From the NCBI GenBank assembly GCA_030834275.1, contig JAURFP010000003.1, positions 1,390 through 65,389 on the forward strand: a stretch of DNA of 64,000 bases. The letters run 5' to 3'. The notes beneath the pieces were generated by a model. It did no database searches. It was given only the letters and a program-made list of their open reading frames with translations, and had not been told where the DNA came from. This DNA comes from Burkholderiales bacterium (GTDB taxonomy: Bacteria > Pseudomonadota > Gammaproteobacteria > Burkholderiales > Eutrophovitaceae). Position 1 is the stretch's first letter. Each line of letters starts with the position of its first letter. Position numbers and translations under genes: made by a program. This document shows, one piece after another, positions 30,190 to 38,723 of this stretch.

Positions 30190-30579
30190 TTGTCTGACGC
30201 AAAAAAAAATACTGGTATCGTATTGTTGGCTCATGGCGCTAGAGACCCTAGTTGGAGAGAGCCGTTTGAACGTATTTTAGATCGTGTTCGGAGCGGTGCT
30301 GAGGGGCCGGTTTCTCTTGCTTTTCTTGATCATATGGAGCCGGGTGTCTCATCTGCGTGTGAGCAACTAGCAGCGCTGGGCGTATCAAAGATCGTACTGG
30401 TCCCATTATTTTTGGGGGTCGGGGGTCATGTGAAAGGGGATGTCCCGAAATTGGTGGCAGAAGCTTCTGCTAAAACCGGTGTAGCGATTGAGATTACTCC
30501 GGCTATTGGGGAAACCGAGTCTCTCGTTCAATCGATCGCCGACGTGTCCTTGCACTTAGCAACACAGCTGAACGACTAA
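30190..30579 (+). CDS. cbiX: small CbiX-type sirohydrochlorin chelatase
   Basis: 129 aa with LLAHGARDPSW and PLFLGVGGHVKGDVP blocks typical of CbiX(S). A TTG start is inferred because no in-frame ATG lies near the N-terminus. Confidence 0.7.
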   Translation: MSDAKKNTGIVLLAHGARDPSWREPFERILDRVRSGAEGPVSLAFLDHMEPGVSSACEQLAALGVSKIVLVPLFLGVGGHVKGDVPKLVAEASAKTGVAIEITPAIGETESLVQSIADVSLHLATQLND

Positions 30580-30598
30580 AAAATTTTCAACTCTTATT

Positions 30599-30617
30599 GC
30601 GAATCATTCTCATTATC
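30599..30617. promoter_or_regulatory. Fur-box-like sequence upstream of the porin gene
   Basis: GCGAATCATTCTCATTATC matches 14 of 19 positions of GATAATGATAATCATTATC, and the 3' half CATTATC is exact. It lies 54 nt upstream of ATG 30671. Confidence 0.3.
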
Positions 30618-30670
30618 GTTTATTATTTAGCGGTGTATCGCTCGATAAACCATTTATTTTTTATAAGCAT

Positions 30671-31972
30671 ATGAAAATAAGAAGATTTTTTTTGTTTATT
30701 TTTTTGTTCTCTAGCATTTTCTCGCCTTTTCAGGCTAATGCAGACGAAGTATTGCAGCAAAGAATTAATAAGCTAGAGACTGAGTTACAGGAGCTCAAAG
30801 AATTGATGCGAGCTCAAATCGAACGTCAAAAGACTCAAGAGCAGCAGATTGCCGAAAATCAAGAACGTATTCGAGAAACAAGTGCTGAGACAACAAAATA
30901 TGCGTTACTAGCGGATACGACATTTGGAGGATACGGGGAGATCATCTACAACAATTACGACGATGATGCGACTCGGGATGAGTTTGACATGCAGCGTTTC
31001 ATTATTTTTATGGGGCACAGGTTCAGCGATCGCACGCGCATGTACTCAGAAATCGAATTTGAGCACGCACAGACCAAAGGTGGAACCTCGGGAGGGGAAG
31101 TTGCACTCGAGCAGGCGTACATTGCCCACCAAATTACACCTGGGGTTGATATAAACGCGGGCCTAATGATCATTCCGATCGGAATGACAAACGAATACCA
31201 TGAACCACCGGTGTTCTACGGAAATGAACGTAATGAGGTAGAGCAAAGAATTATTCCAACGACTTGGAGAGAGCTGGGTCTATCTTTAAGAGGAAAGACA
31301 ATCGGTGGATTGGAATATACCTTCGGTCTTACTACCACTCCTGACGCAAGTAAATATTCGAGCGCAAATGGAGCGAGTTATGGTTTTAAAGATATGCGAA
31401 CAGTCGGACAAAAAGCAGCCGCGAACGATATCGGATATTTAGCCGGCTTGAACTATCGCGGAATTCTTGGGTTGGAAGTTGGGGCTACGGTGTGGAGTGG
31501 TAATACGTCTCAGAAAGGTAAGGGATACACTGCGTACTCAGCGCTTTCAACTGTTGATGCAACGTTAACGATATGGGACGCCCACCTGAAATACTCGAAC
31601 CGCGGTCTTGATGTGAAGGCTTTATATGCTGCTGGCACTTTATCCGACACCGCGAGTATAAATTCCGCACTTGGTATCTCTGGTAATAAGGCTGCGCCAG
31701 AGTCGTTCTATGGATACTACGGTGAGGTCGGCTATCATGTGTACAAAGAGGGTGATCTTGATGTAGCTCCATTTTTTAGATATGCCCGCTACAACACGCA
31801 AGAAAGCGTGGCATCTGGTTACACAATCGACCCCAATAACAACGAAACGGTCTATACGTTTGGTGTGAATTTTTACGTCCATCCGCAAGTCGTATTTAAA
31901 TTTGACATTCAAGATTTTCAAACCGCAGATGCGAAGGATCGTTACAACCTTGGTGTGGGATGGATGTTCTAA
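30671..31972 (+). CDS. outer-membrane porin with N-terminal coiled coil (DcaP-like architecture)
   Basis: 433 aa. It has a signal peptide (…FSPFQANA), an about 50-aa heptad-rich segment (VLQQRINKLETELQELKELMRAQIERQKTQEQQIAENQERI), then alternating beta-strand sequence ending in ...LGVGWMF, the aromatic C-terminus typical of OMPs. Confidence 0.65.
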   Translation: MKIRRFFLFIFLFSSIFSPFQANADEVLQQRINKLETELQELKELMRAQIERQKTQEQQIAENQERIRETSAETTKYALLADTTFGGYGEIIYNNYDDDATRDEFDMQRFIIFMGHRFSDRTRMYSEIEFEHAQTKGGTSGGEVALEQAYIAHQITPGVDINAGLMIIPIGMTNEYHEPPVFYGNERNEVEQRIIPTTWRELGLSLRGKTIGGLEYTFGLTTTPDASKYSSANGASYGFKDMRTVGQKAAANDIGYLAGLNYRGILGLEVGATVWSGNTSQKGKGYTAYSALSTVDATLTIWDAHLKYSNRGLDVKALYAAGTLSDTASINSALGISGNKAAPESFYGYYGEVGYHVYKEGDLDVAPFFRYARYNTQESVASGYTIDPNNNETVYTFGVNFYVHPQVVFKFDIQDFQTADAKDRYNLGVGWMF

Positions 31973-32018
31973 CTTGCGTCTGAAATTTTGCACTCCCCCT
32001 TCATGTGCAATAAGTAGG

Positions 32019-32046
32019 AACGGCGTCCGAGGACGCCGTTTTTTTT
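32019..32046 (+). terminator. rho-independent terminator after the porin gene
   Basis: AACGGCGTCC-GA-GGACGCCGTT hairpin (32019-32040) followed by eight T. The T-run overlaps the stop codon of the convergent minus-strand gene. Confidence 0.75.
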
Positions 32047-34012
32047 ACTCGATACAAATTGTCGCGACCGCGTACGGTTTCAGACGAATTTTATTTCCAA
32101 GATCTTTTATTTGTTTTTGGAACTGCAAGGGGTTTTGCGTGGCGCGGATGAAACTGCTTTCATCAAGAATATTTCCCCGTAGGCTACGCTTTGCATTTTG
32201 GATCGTGACGCTTTGCGTTTCACTCGTTAGATTACCGATCCAAAGTGTGATTCCACCATTTTTGTCTTGAAGCGCAAAAGAGAATACAGATTTCTCGTTT
32301 GAGTTTTCGATATCAACTATTCGTTTTCCAGTGGAGTTCATTAACGCCGTTGCAACGTGATAGGCAGGGTATACCGAGGGACCTTTTAACGAGTTGAAAT
32401 ATGGTTGCATACCGTCAAACTTTCGGTGGATAACCCCTAACGGGCCAGTCGTCGAACCAATAGTCACCGCTTCCACATTCGTTTTAGCGAGTGTGCCGAT
32501 ATATCCGAGTAACCAGGAGGCGCCAAACAATCCACGTGTCCTTGGGTCTGCTTTCACCAGACAAATTCGCTCGTTCTTAGGATTTGGCGTGAATGTAGCG
32601 CCATGTGGATTATCACGACACCCAATTGCGCTCGGGCCAACACGGTGGGGTGATTTTCCTAAAAATGTTTTTCCGGTCTTAATCTGGAATGGCAATGCTT
32701 CTAAGGTTTCCATCACGGATCGGTCATCTGCAGCATGTACAATCGGGCATGTAGCATTCATCGCAAAATCAAGATGTCCTTTTGGTGGTCTCTTGCGGTT
32801 AAGTTCGGTGAAGAAAGAGAACATGCCGCCCCCGAGCTTAATGTTTGGAAATGCTGCGCGCGTAGCTCGGTATAGAGCAGGTAGAGGTGGCGCTGGAGGC
32901 CTCTTGCCTCCCGGTAGGACAGATTTGAGATCTCCAACTGGGCAAACTGCGACCGCATCTAGTGATAAACCAGCGCGCTTCGCTAAGCGCGCCACTCCAA
33001 GCAGTTCACCTTTGAAACCTTTAATACTTTTTACTACGATTTCCAGAACAATCTTGGCATTTGTCGCATCCGCTATCGTTTTATAGCCAATCAATTCCTT
33101 TAAACCGTGCTTTTTCCGTGGGTCAAAGTGACATTGAAGAATCTTTGGGTTCGCATTGGATACAAGATTAAGGTTTTTTATCGACGTGGAAATTTCCTCT
33201 GCGGGTACCCCAAATCCGACTGGAATCATCTTCTTGGTCGTAGCTTTTTTGAGTTTTACGGTAATGTCTTTTTTCTGTGAGTTACTACTCTTGCCTTTAG
33301 CTTTTCCAGATAGGGTGACAGTAATCGCCTGTTCGACGGGCTTCCCAGCGGGAAGTGTGTAAGGCCACGGAAGAGCAAGTGGGCGAACATACGTTTTAAA
33401 CGAAGCGTCGGTCCAGTTTCTGTGGTCTTCGGTTTCGTAAGTGTCACCCTCAAAGTTAACCGTTGCCACCAAACCAGGTAAAACCTCGTGAGTGAGTGAC
33501 CGGATCTTTAAGAATGGCTGAATTGGGTTCACTTCCGTAGGAAACTTGGACCATTCATTTGTTCCTGATACATGTTTTGCGAGAGCGGGGCGACCAGCTA
33601 CCCCGGTAAGCGGATGCAAAACAACGAATCCAGTTCGAGCTGTAAGAAAATTCGTTTTTGGTACTGCGACTCCGGTAAATCGGAGGTTTCCGTCTGCACT
33701 GCCCTCGATCATTGCATCATAAGAAATCTCTTGCCCAGGTCTACTGCAAATCGCTTTAAAACGGATTGAGAACCCATCGCGTCTCTCATCAATCTTGAGA
33801 TTTTTGATGTTCGGAATATAGGTCCCCCAATTCTCATCTCTGACTAAAAAACCAATTGCCCGCAGTACTTCCACACCATGAATCTTTAAATAGCGAAGTT
33901 GCCCACTATCAAATTCAACTTCAAGCGGGCCAGTTTTAAGAATCCGGCCGACCACGTCGCGTTGAGTGGTCCCACATAACATTATGTCTTTTGATATGTT
34001 TGCTGACTTCAT
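32045..34012 (-). CDS. large hypothetical protein (655 aa), no family recognised; last gene of the sugar-type ABC importer operon
   Basis: Uninterrupted 655-codon frame, 46 nt downstream of the ABC ATPase gene on the same strand. There is no signal peptide or TM segment, and the amino-acid composition is protein-like. Confidence 0.7.
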   Translation of the reverse strand: MKSANISKDIMLCGTTQRDVVGRILKTGPLEVEFDSGQLRYLKIHGVEVLRAIGFLVRDENWGTYIPNIKNLKIDERRDGFSIRFKAICSRPGQEISYDAMIEGSADGNLRFTGVAVPKTNFLTARTGFVVLHPLTGVAGRPALAKHVSGTNEWSKFPTEVNPIQPFLKIRSLTHEVLPGLVATVNFEGDTYETEDHRNWTDASFKTYVRPLALPWPYTLPAGKPVEQAITVTLSGKAKGKSSNSQKKDITVKLKKATTKKMIPVGFGVPAEEISTSIKNLNLVSNANPKILQCHFDPRKKHGLKELIGYKTIADATNAKIVLEIVVKSIKGFKGELLGVARLAKRAGLSLDAVAVCPVGDLKSVLPGGKRPPAPPLPALYRATRAAFPNIKLGGGMFSFFTELNRKRPPKGHLDFAMNATCPIVHAADDRSVMETLEALPFQIKTGKTFLGKSPHRVGPSAIGCRDNPHGATFTPNPKNERICLVKADPRTRGLFGASWLLGYIGTLAKTNVEAVTIGSTTGPLGVIHRKFDGMQPYFNSLKGPSVYPAYHVATALMNSTGKRIVDIENSNEKSVFSFALQDKNGGITLWIGNLTSETQSVTIQNAKRSLRGNILDESSFIRATQNPLQFQKQIKDLGNKIRLKPYAVATICIE

Positions 34013-34058
34013 GATTTGCTCCTCTCCGTGCAGCTAGTTTTTATTTTAATTGCCCAGA

Positions 34059-35147
34059 TTAAATTGTCATTTCTGTTATTGGGTCGATATAGATAACTCT
34101 ACTCATGTCTACGCTGAGTTCGATCGTCGTGTTATGCCCTAAGAGATCTTGTGGCCTTAATTCAGCCACGGCAGGGTTCTGACCGAGCCTAAACGTTACA
34201 TAAGATCTGGACCCAGTGGGTTGAACGAGTTCTATGTTTACTGAAAGTTTTGAATACTGCTGATGATTTGCAATGTCCGCTCGGCTAAAGTGCTCGGGCC
34301 GGATCCCAACAATGATTGCCTTGTTCGCATGCGAAGTTAATTTATTTTTTATTTGCTCAGGGATATCTAGCGAGTGGTTCGAGTTATTAATCGTGACTTT
34401 ATTCTCAGTAACCATGCCATCAATAAAGTTCATGGACGGTGATCCCAGAAATCCCGCTACATATTTGGTTGCAGGACGCTCGTACAGGTCAAGCGGGCTT
34501 CCTTGCTGTTCAATTTTTCCATCTCGCAGGAGAACAATGCGGTCCGCCATGGTCATTGCTTCGATTTGATCATGCGTCACGTAGATCATGGTTTTCCCGA
34601 GCTCTCGGTGCAGGCGTTTAATTTCACCCCGCATCTCGTCTCTCAATTGTGCGTCTAGGTTCGATAGTGGCTCATCGAATAAATAAATTCTCGCTTGCCG
34701 AACGATCGCTCTGCCGATCGCGACCCTTTGTAACTGTCCCCCGGAGAGTTGCCTCGGGTAACGCTCGAGTAAATGATCAATCGATAGCATGCGAGAAGCC
34801 TCGGCCACTTTCTCTTCAATCTCAACTTTTGGTGTTTTGCGCGCCCTAAGTCCAAAAGCAATATTGTCAAACACTGTCATATAAGGGTACAGCGCGTAAT
34901 TCTGGAAAACCATCGCGATATCGCGATCCTTCGGCGCAACGTCGTTTACGACTTCGCCGTCGATTTCTATCGAACCCTCATCAATTTCTTCAAGCCCTGC
35001 GATGGTTCTCAGTAACGTGCTCTTGCCGCAACCAGATTGACCAACAAGAACCGTAAACTCGCCCTTTGGGATTTCCAGGTCAACGCCTTTTACCGCGTGC
35101 ATCGACCCATAATATTTGTGAAGAGAATTTATTTTTAGATCTGCCAT
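34059..35147 (-). CDS. carbohydrate-type ABC transporter ATP-binding protein (MalK/UgpC family)
   Basis: 362 aa with Walker [10 protein letters not shown], signature LSGGQLQRV, Walker [10 protein letters not shown] and a C-terminal regulatory (TOBE-like) domain. Confidence 0.93.
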   Translation of the reverse strand: MADLKINSLHKYYGSMHAVKGVDLEIPKGEFTVLVGQSGCGKSTLLRTIAGLEEIDEGSIEIDGEVVNDVAPKDRDIAMVFQNYALYPYMTVFDNIAFGLRARKTPKVEIEEKVAEASRMLSIDHLLERYPRQLSGGQLQRVAIGRAIVRQARIYLFDEPLSNLDAQLRDEMRGEIKRLHRELGKTMIYVTHDQIEAMTMADRIVLLRDGKIEQQGSPLDLYERPATKYVAGFLGSPSMNFIDGMVTENKVTINNSNHSLDIPEQIKNKLTSHANKAIIVGIRPEHFSRADIANHQQYSKLSVNIELVQPTGSRSYVTFRLGQNPAVAELRPQDLLGHNTTIELSVDMSRVIYIDPITEMTI

Positions 35148-35187
35148 ACGTGTTCGCCTACATTCCCAGAAATGATTAAGGTTCGGT

Positions 35188-36018
35188 TTATCCCTTCACT
35201 GCCCCAAGAGAAATTCCTCGCACCAGATACTTTTGCATGAATGCAACAATAAAAAATATCGGCAACGTGCCGAGTACTGACATTGCCGATATTTTCCCCC
35301 AAAAATTCGACTGACCGCCAAAGTAATGCGTGACCTGAACGGTGTACGTCGCCACATCTGTTCGTGTTAGGACGAGTGCGAAAATGAAATCGTTCCATGC
35401 GAATACGAAGGTGAAGATTGCAGTGGCAAAAAGCCCCGCTCGGCACATCGGAAAGACCACCTTCCAGACAACTTGCCATCGCGTGTAACCATCTACTAAT
35501 GCTGCTTGTTCAAGGGAAATGGGGATGTCCATGATGTACCCACGCATCATCCAAATAACGTAAGGTAGATTAAATGCCGTGTAAAGTAAGATCAACCCAA
35601 AATAAGTATCGACCATTCCAAACCAAACATAGAGAAGAAACACGGGGAATACGATTGCGATGGGTGGAATCATTCGCTGAGATATGATCCAGTTTGCCAG
35701 ATGTTCTCCACCTGTTTTAAATCGCGCTAGACTGTAAGCGCAAATCGTTCCGAGAATCATTGCGAAAATAGTACTGACTCCAGCGACAATTAAGCTGTTT
35801 CCAACTGTCGCCGCATCGCCATCTTCGAAAAGAACACGATAGTTACTAAGCTGTAGGGTTTCTGGCCACCAGACTGGGGGGTAAGCATAAATTTCATTGG
35901 CGGTCTTGAAAGAAATCATGAAGAGCCAATAAATTGGAAATAAGAAAAGAATCGTTAAGGCAACTACCGCGATGTAACGAAGTGCGAGTTTGATTTTTTT
36001 TCTATGACTCGTTTTCAT
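35188..36018 (-). CDS. carbohydrate ABC transporter permease (MalG/UgpE-like)
   Basis: 276 aa with six TM helices and the EAA loop [22 protein letters not shown]. Confidence 0.9.
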   Translation of the reverse strand: MKTSHRKKIKLALRYIAVVALTILFLFPIYWLFMISFKTANEIYAYPPVWWPETLQLSNYRVLFEDGDAATVGNSLIVAGVSTIFAMILGTICAYSLARFKTGGEHLANWIISQRMIPPIAIVFPVFLLYVWFGMVDTYFGLILLYTAFNLPYVIWMMRGYIMDIPISLEQAALVDGYTRWQVVWKVVFPMCRAGLFATAIFTFVFAWNDFIFALVLTRTDVATYTVQVTHYFGGQSNFWGKISAMSVLGTLPIFFIVAFMQKYLVRGISLGAVKG

Positions 36019-36911
36019 CTCGCGATCTCTACTTTCTTAAGCGCGCCGATCACTAGCACTGACAGCAATATGATTATTAGCAGGGCTACTGCGCCGGTGT
36101 AACTAGTTTCGAATTGTTGAAAACCTTTGACATATGTAAAGATCGATATTGTCTCTGTCATCGTTCCAGGCCCTCCTCTTGTTAGCGCCCAAACAATATC
36201 GAATAGGCGGAAGAGATCTAATCCACGGATGAGAATCGCTACTGCCATAACTGGCCAAATCGCTGGTAGCACAATTTTAAAAAAAGTAGTCCAATAACCA
36301 GCGCCATCGATTGACGCCGCTTCTAACTGAGATTTATCAACCGCTGATAGTGCAGCAAGCAACAGTAGAAACATAAAGGGCGTCCATTGCCAAATTTCTG
36401 CAGCCAATATCGACGGATATACGAGATCGGGGTTAATTGTCCATAAAAGCGTTACCTCCTCACCGGTGAACCAACCCAGGATCTGATTGATGGGGCCAAA
36501 GCGGGTATCGAGTAGTAACGACCAGGTTGCACCTGAAACGACCGGAGCTACCACCACTGGTAGAACTAATAACGCAATGAAAATCTGCCGACCAGGTAAT
36601 TTATCGATGAACAGTTGTGCCATTAGGAGGCCAAGTAGCAGTTCAATTGGTAGGGCGATACACGTGAAGATAATCGTGTGCATGAGCGCTTCCCAAAGTC
36701 GGGTATCAGTCCCAAGGGCGGTATAGTTTTGGAGCCCATGGAAGCTCGTGTCATTGTCCATCATGGTGATACCCTGAAAACTCACCAAGAGGGTGTAAAT
36801 GAGTGGGAAAATTCCGATTAATAAAAGGATAAAAATTGAAGGCGCAATCAGTTGATACTTAAATCCACGATCGCCCAATATCAGCTGGGATAGAGGTCGT
36901 TTGTTTTTCAT
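36015..36911 (-). CDS. carbohydrate ABC transporter permease (MalF/UgpA-like)
   Basis: 298 aa with the EAA loop LEAASIDGAGYWTTFFKIVLP. A 4-nt overlap links it to the downstream permease gene. Confidence 0.9.
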   Translation of the reverse strand: MKNKRPLSQLILGDRGFKYQLIAPSIFILLLIGIFPLIYTLLVSFQGITMMDNDTSFHGLQNYTALGTDTRLWEALMHTIIFTCIALPIELLLGLLMAQLFIDKLPGRQIFIALLVLPVVVAPVVSGATWSLLLDTRFGPINQILGWFTGEEVTLLWTINPDLVYPSILAAEIWQWTPFMFLLLLAALSAVDKSQLEAASIDGAGYWTTFFKIVLPAIWPVMAVAILIRGLDLFRLFDIVWALTRGGPGTMTETISIFTYVKGFQQFETSYTGAVALLIIILLSVLVIGALKKVEIAR

Positions 36912-36973
36912 ACGGCTATCTCACTTGAATCCCAATGTGTTGCTTAAAGTTGTGAAGCTCTGGTTTTCGATTC

Positions 36974-37010
36974 TAAAAAAAACTTAGGGGTCCTACCAGA
37001 GGACCCCTAA
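36974..37010 (-). terminator. intra-operon hairpin/attenuator after the substrate-binding-protein gene
   Basis: TTAGGGGTCC / GGACCCCTAA 10-bp stem (36984-36993 and 37001-37010). On the minus strand it is followed by GTTTTTTTT. Confidence 0.6.
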
Positions 37011-37040
37011 GGTCATAAGTGAAACTAATTTACGAAAAAA

Positions 37041-38549
37041 TTAGTTTGGATAAGCGCCAGATTTCGCGGCCCAGCTCTCGTAAACAGCTTTCTGTTTATC
37101 AGTGCCAACGCTTGCGGTGATCTTATCCCACTCAGCTGCTACATCATCAAGGATTTTCTGAGGATTATCCCCTGCCCAGAGGCGGCTAATACCCTGACGA
37201 AGAGCCTCTTCGTACTTATCTGTCTGGATGAGAGACAAATCGAGTAAACCGGTTTGTGCAGCATCTCCTAAAGCAGCTAAGTAATCTTTCGCATCAGGCC
37301 AAAGTGCTTTGTAGCCCTCGTTCTCGAAGTGAGAATTTCTGAAAGGATCTCTCAGAGCGTAAGGAAGTTGTACACGTTGGTTACTGATCTCTTCACTATT
37401 TAGCCATTGGATAAATAGATATGCGGCCTCTTTATTTTTTGACCCTGAAGCTACTGATAGGGCAAATCCGGCTGCTAACTCAGGATGTCCACCAGGTGGA
37501 AGTGCATAACCGATTTTTCCAGCGATCTGAGTTTTTGGAACCCAATTCAATGCCTCTTCGTTCTCAAGGTATCCAGCTGCAAATCTTCCGTAAGGCGGCC
37601 AAGAGATGGTCATCGCCGATTTTCCTTGAACAAACTCCGCCAAGTTCTCCACGAAACCAAACTTCTCTACACCTTTGGCCATAAATTTGTTTTCTGTCAG
37701 CCAATCGTTGAAGACTTTCACGCCAGCTGCGCTATTTACAGTCGCTTTCATGTCTCCATCAAAGAACTTTCCGCCTTCATTTCTGAAGCGTTCCTGGAAC
37801 ATGAAGTTTCCATATCCTGGCTCACGGAACATGGATGCTCCGAACGTTCCCTCTTTCTTAAGCGCACCAGTTAAGAATTGCCCGACTGAGATAAAGTCTT
37901 CCCAAGTTGTTGGGACCACTAAATCCTTTCCGGTTTTGCTCTTGTAAGCATCTTGGAGATCTTGACGAGCAAAAATATCTTTGCGGTAGTACATCAAGAA
38001 TACATCACCGTCATCTGGGAACCCATAAATTTTTCCATCTACGGTCATTTGATTGTCGCGATAGGTAGCTGCGATGTTCTGTAGCTCACCGCGGTAACCG
38101 TACTTGTCGACGAGGCCATCGAGTTCTTCCAAAGCGCCCATCTGAACGAGGTCAGGCATCCATGCAGGAATTACGTTAAGCGCATCGTAAGCACCTGAGC
38201 CTGCGCGATAATCTTGTGCGATTTTCGTAAACATTTCGGATGTTGGTACTTCTACGACTTCAACCTTACATCCGGTAGCCTCAGTCCATTTTGGACCGGA
38301 GAACTTGATCGGGTCGAGTGACTGAAGTCCAGCCTCCCAAACGATCGTGATTGTCTTGCCATCAGCGCACAATGGTTTCGCTGCTTCTACTGCAACCTCA
38401 GCCGAACTCTTGCCCGACGTATCGTACGATCCGCTAACTCCTTGGTCGTCGCCTTTTCCGCAACCGGAGAGGCCCACCGCAAGAGCTCCCGCTGCGACTA
38501 ATGCTACGGCTGTTTTGGTATCCCAGCCACTTAATGTAGTTCCTGCCAT
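37041..38549 (-). CDS. ABC transporter substrate-binding lipoprotein, family 1 (sugar-type), unusually long (about 502 aa)
   Basis: The start is taken at ATG 38549, preceded by AGGAGGAG. It has a signal peptide plus lipobox (ALAVGLSGCGK) and the overall SBP_bac_1 pattern. Confidence 0.85.
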   Translation of the reverse strand: MAGTTLSGWDTKTAVALVAAGALAVGLSGCGKGDDQGVSGSYDTSGKSSAEVAVEAAKPLCADGKTITIVWEAGLQSLDPIKFSGPKWTEATGCKVEVVEVPTSEMFTKIAQDYRAGSGAYDALNVIPAWMPDLVQMGALEELDGLVDKYGYRGELQNIAATYRDNQMTVDGKIYGFPDDGDVFLMYYRKDIFARQDLQDAYKSKTGKDLVVPTTWEDFISVGQFLTGALKKEGTFGASMFREPGYGNFMFQERFRNEGGKFFDGDMKATVNSAAGVKVFNDWLTENKFMAKGVEKFGFVENLAEFVQGKSAMTISWPPYGRFAAGYLENEEALNWVPKTQIAGKIGYALPPGGHPELAAGFALSVASGSKNKEAAYLFIQWLNSEEISNQRVQLPYALRDPFRNSHFENEGYKALWPDAKDYLAALGDAAQTGLLDLSLIQTDKYEEALRQGISRLWAGDNPQKILDDVAAEWDKITASVGTDKQKAVYESWAAKSGAYPN

Positions 38550-38575
38550 AATCTCCTCCTTGATTTGGTACGCTA

Positions 38576-38587
38576 TTCCCGCGGGAA
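38576..38587. promoter_or_regulatory. perfect 12-bp palindrome TTCCCGCGGGAA in the divergent control region
   Basis: Lies 27 nt upstream of the SBP start codon. The 9-mer TATTCCCGC recurs at 38574-38582 and 38614-38622, 40 nt apart. Confidence 0.3.
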
Positions 38588-38723
38588 CAAGGGCGTTCCA
38601 ATTTTTTCTGTAGTATTCCCGCCTTTTTGATTTTGAACATATTGGGCGGGTCAACTAAGCATTCTGTTCTTCAGTGCAAAAAAGTCAAGACCTTTGGGCT
38701 TATTTGAAGGGTGAAATTATCGT

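Noticed and set aside
32394-33086. 230-aa plus-strand ORF antisense to the 655-aa gene
   Set aside because: It lies entirely inside a longer, protein-like minus-strand frame. Its translation is Arg/Ser/Pro/Gly-rich and low in complexity, typical of antisense read-through. It has no SD or promoter context.
38550-38654. 35-codon N-terminal extension of the sugar SBP (TTG start at 38654)
   Set aside because: ATG 38549 has a perfect AGGAGGAG SD and is followed directly by a signal peptide and lipobox. The extension is basic, non-signal-like sequence that overlaps the likely promoter/operator region.
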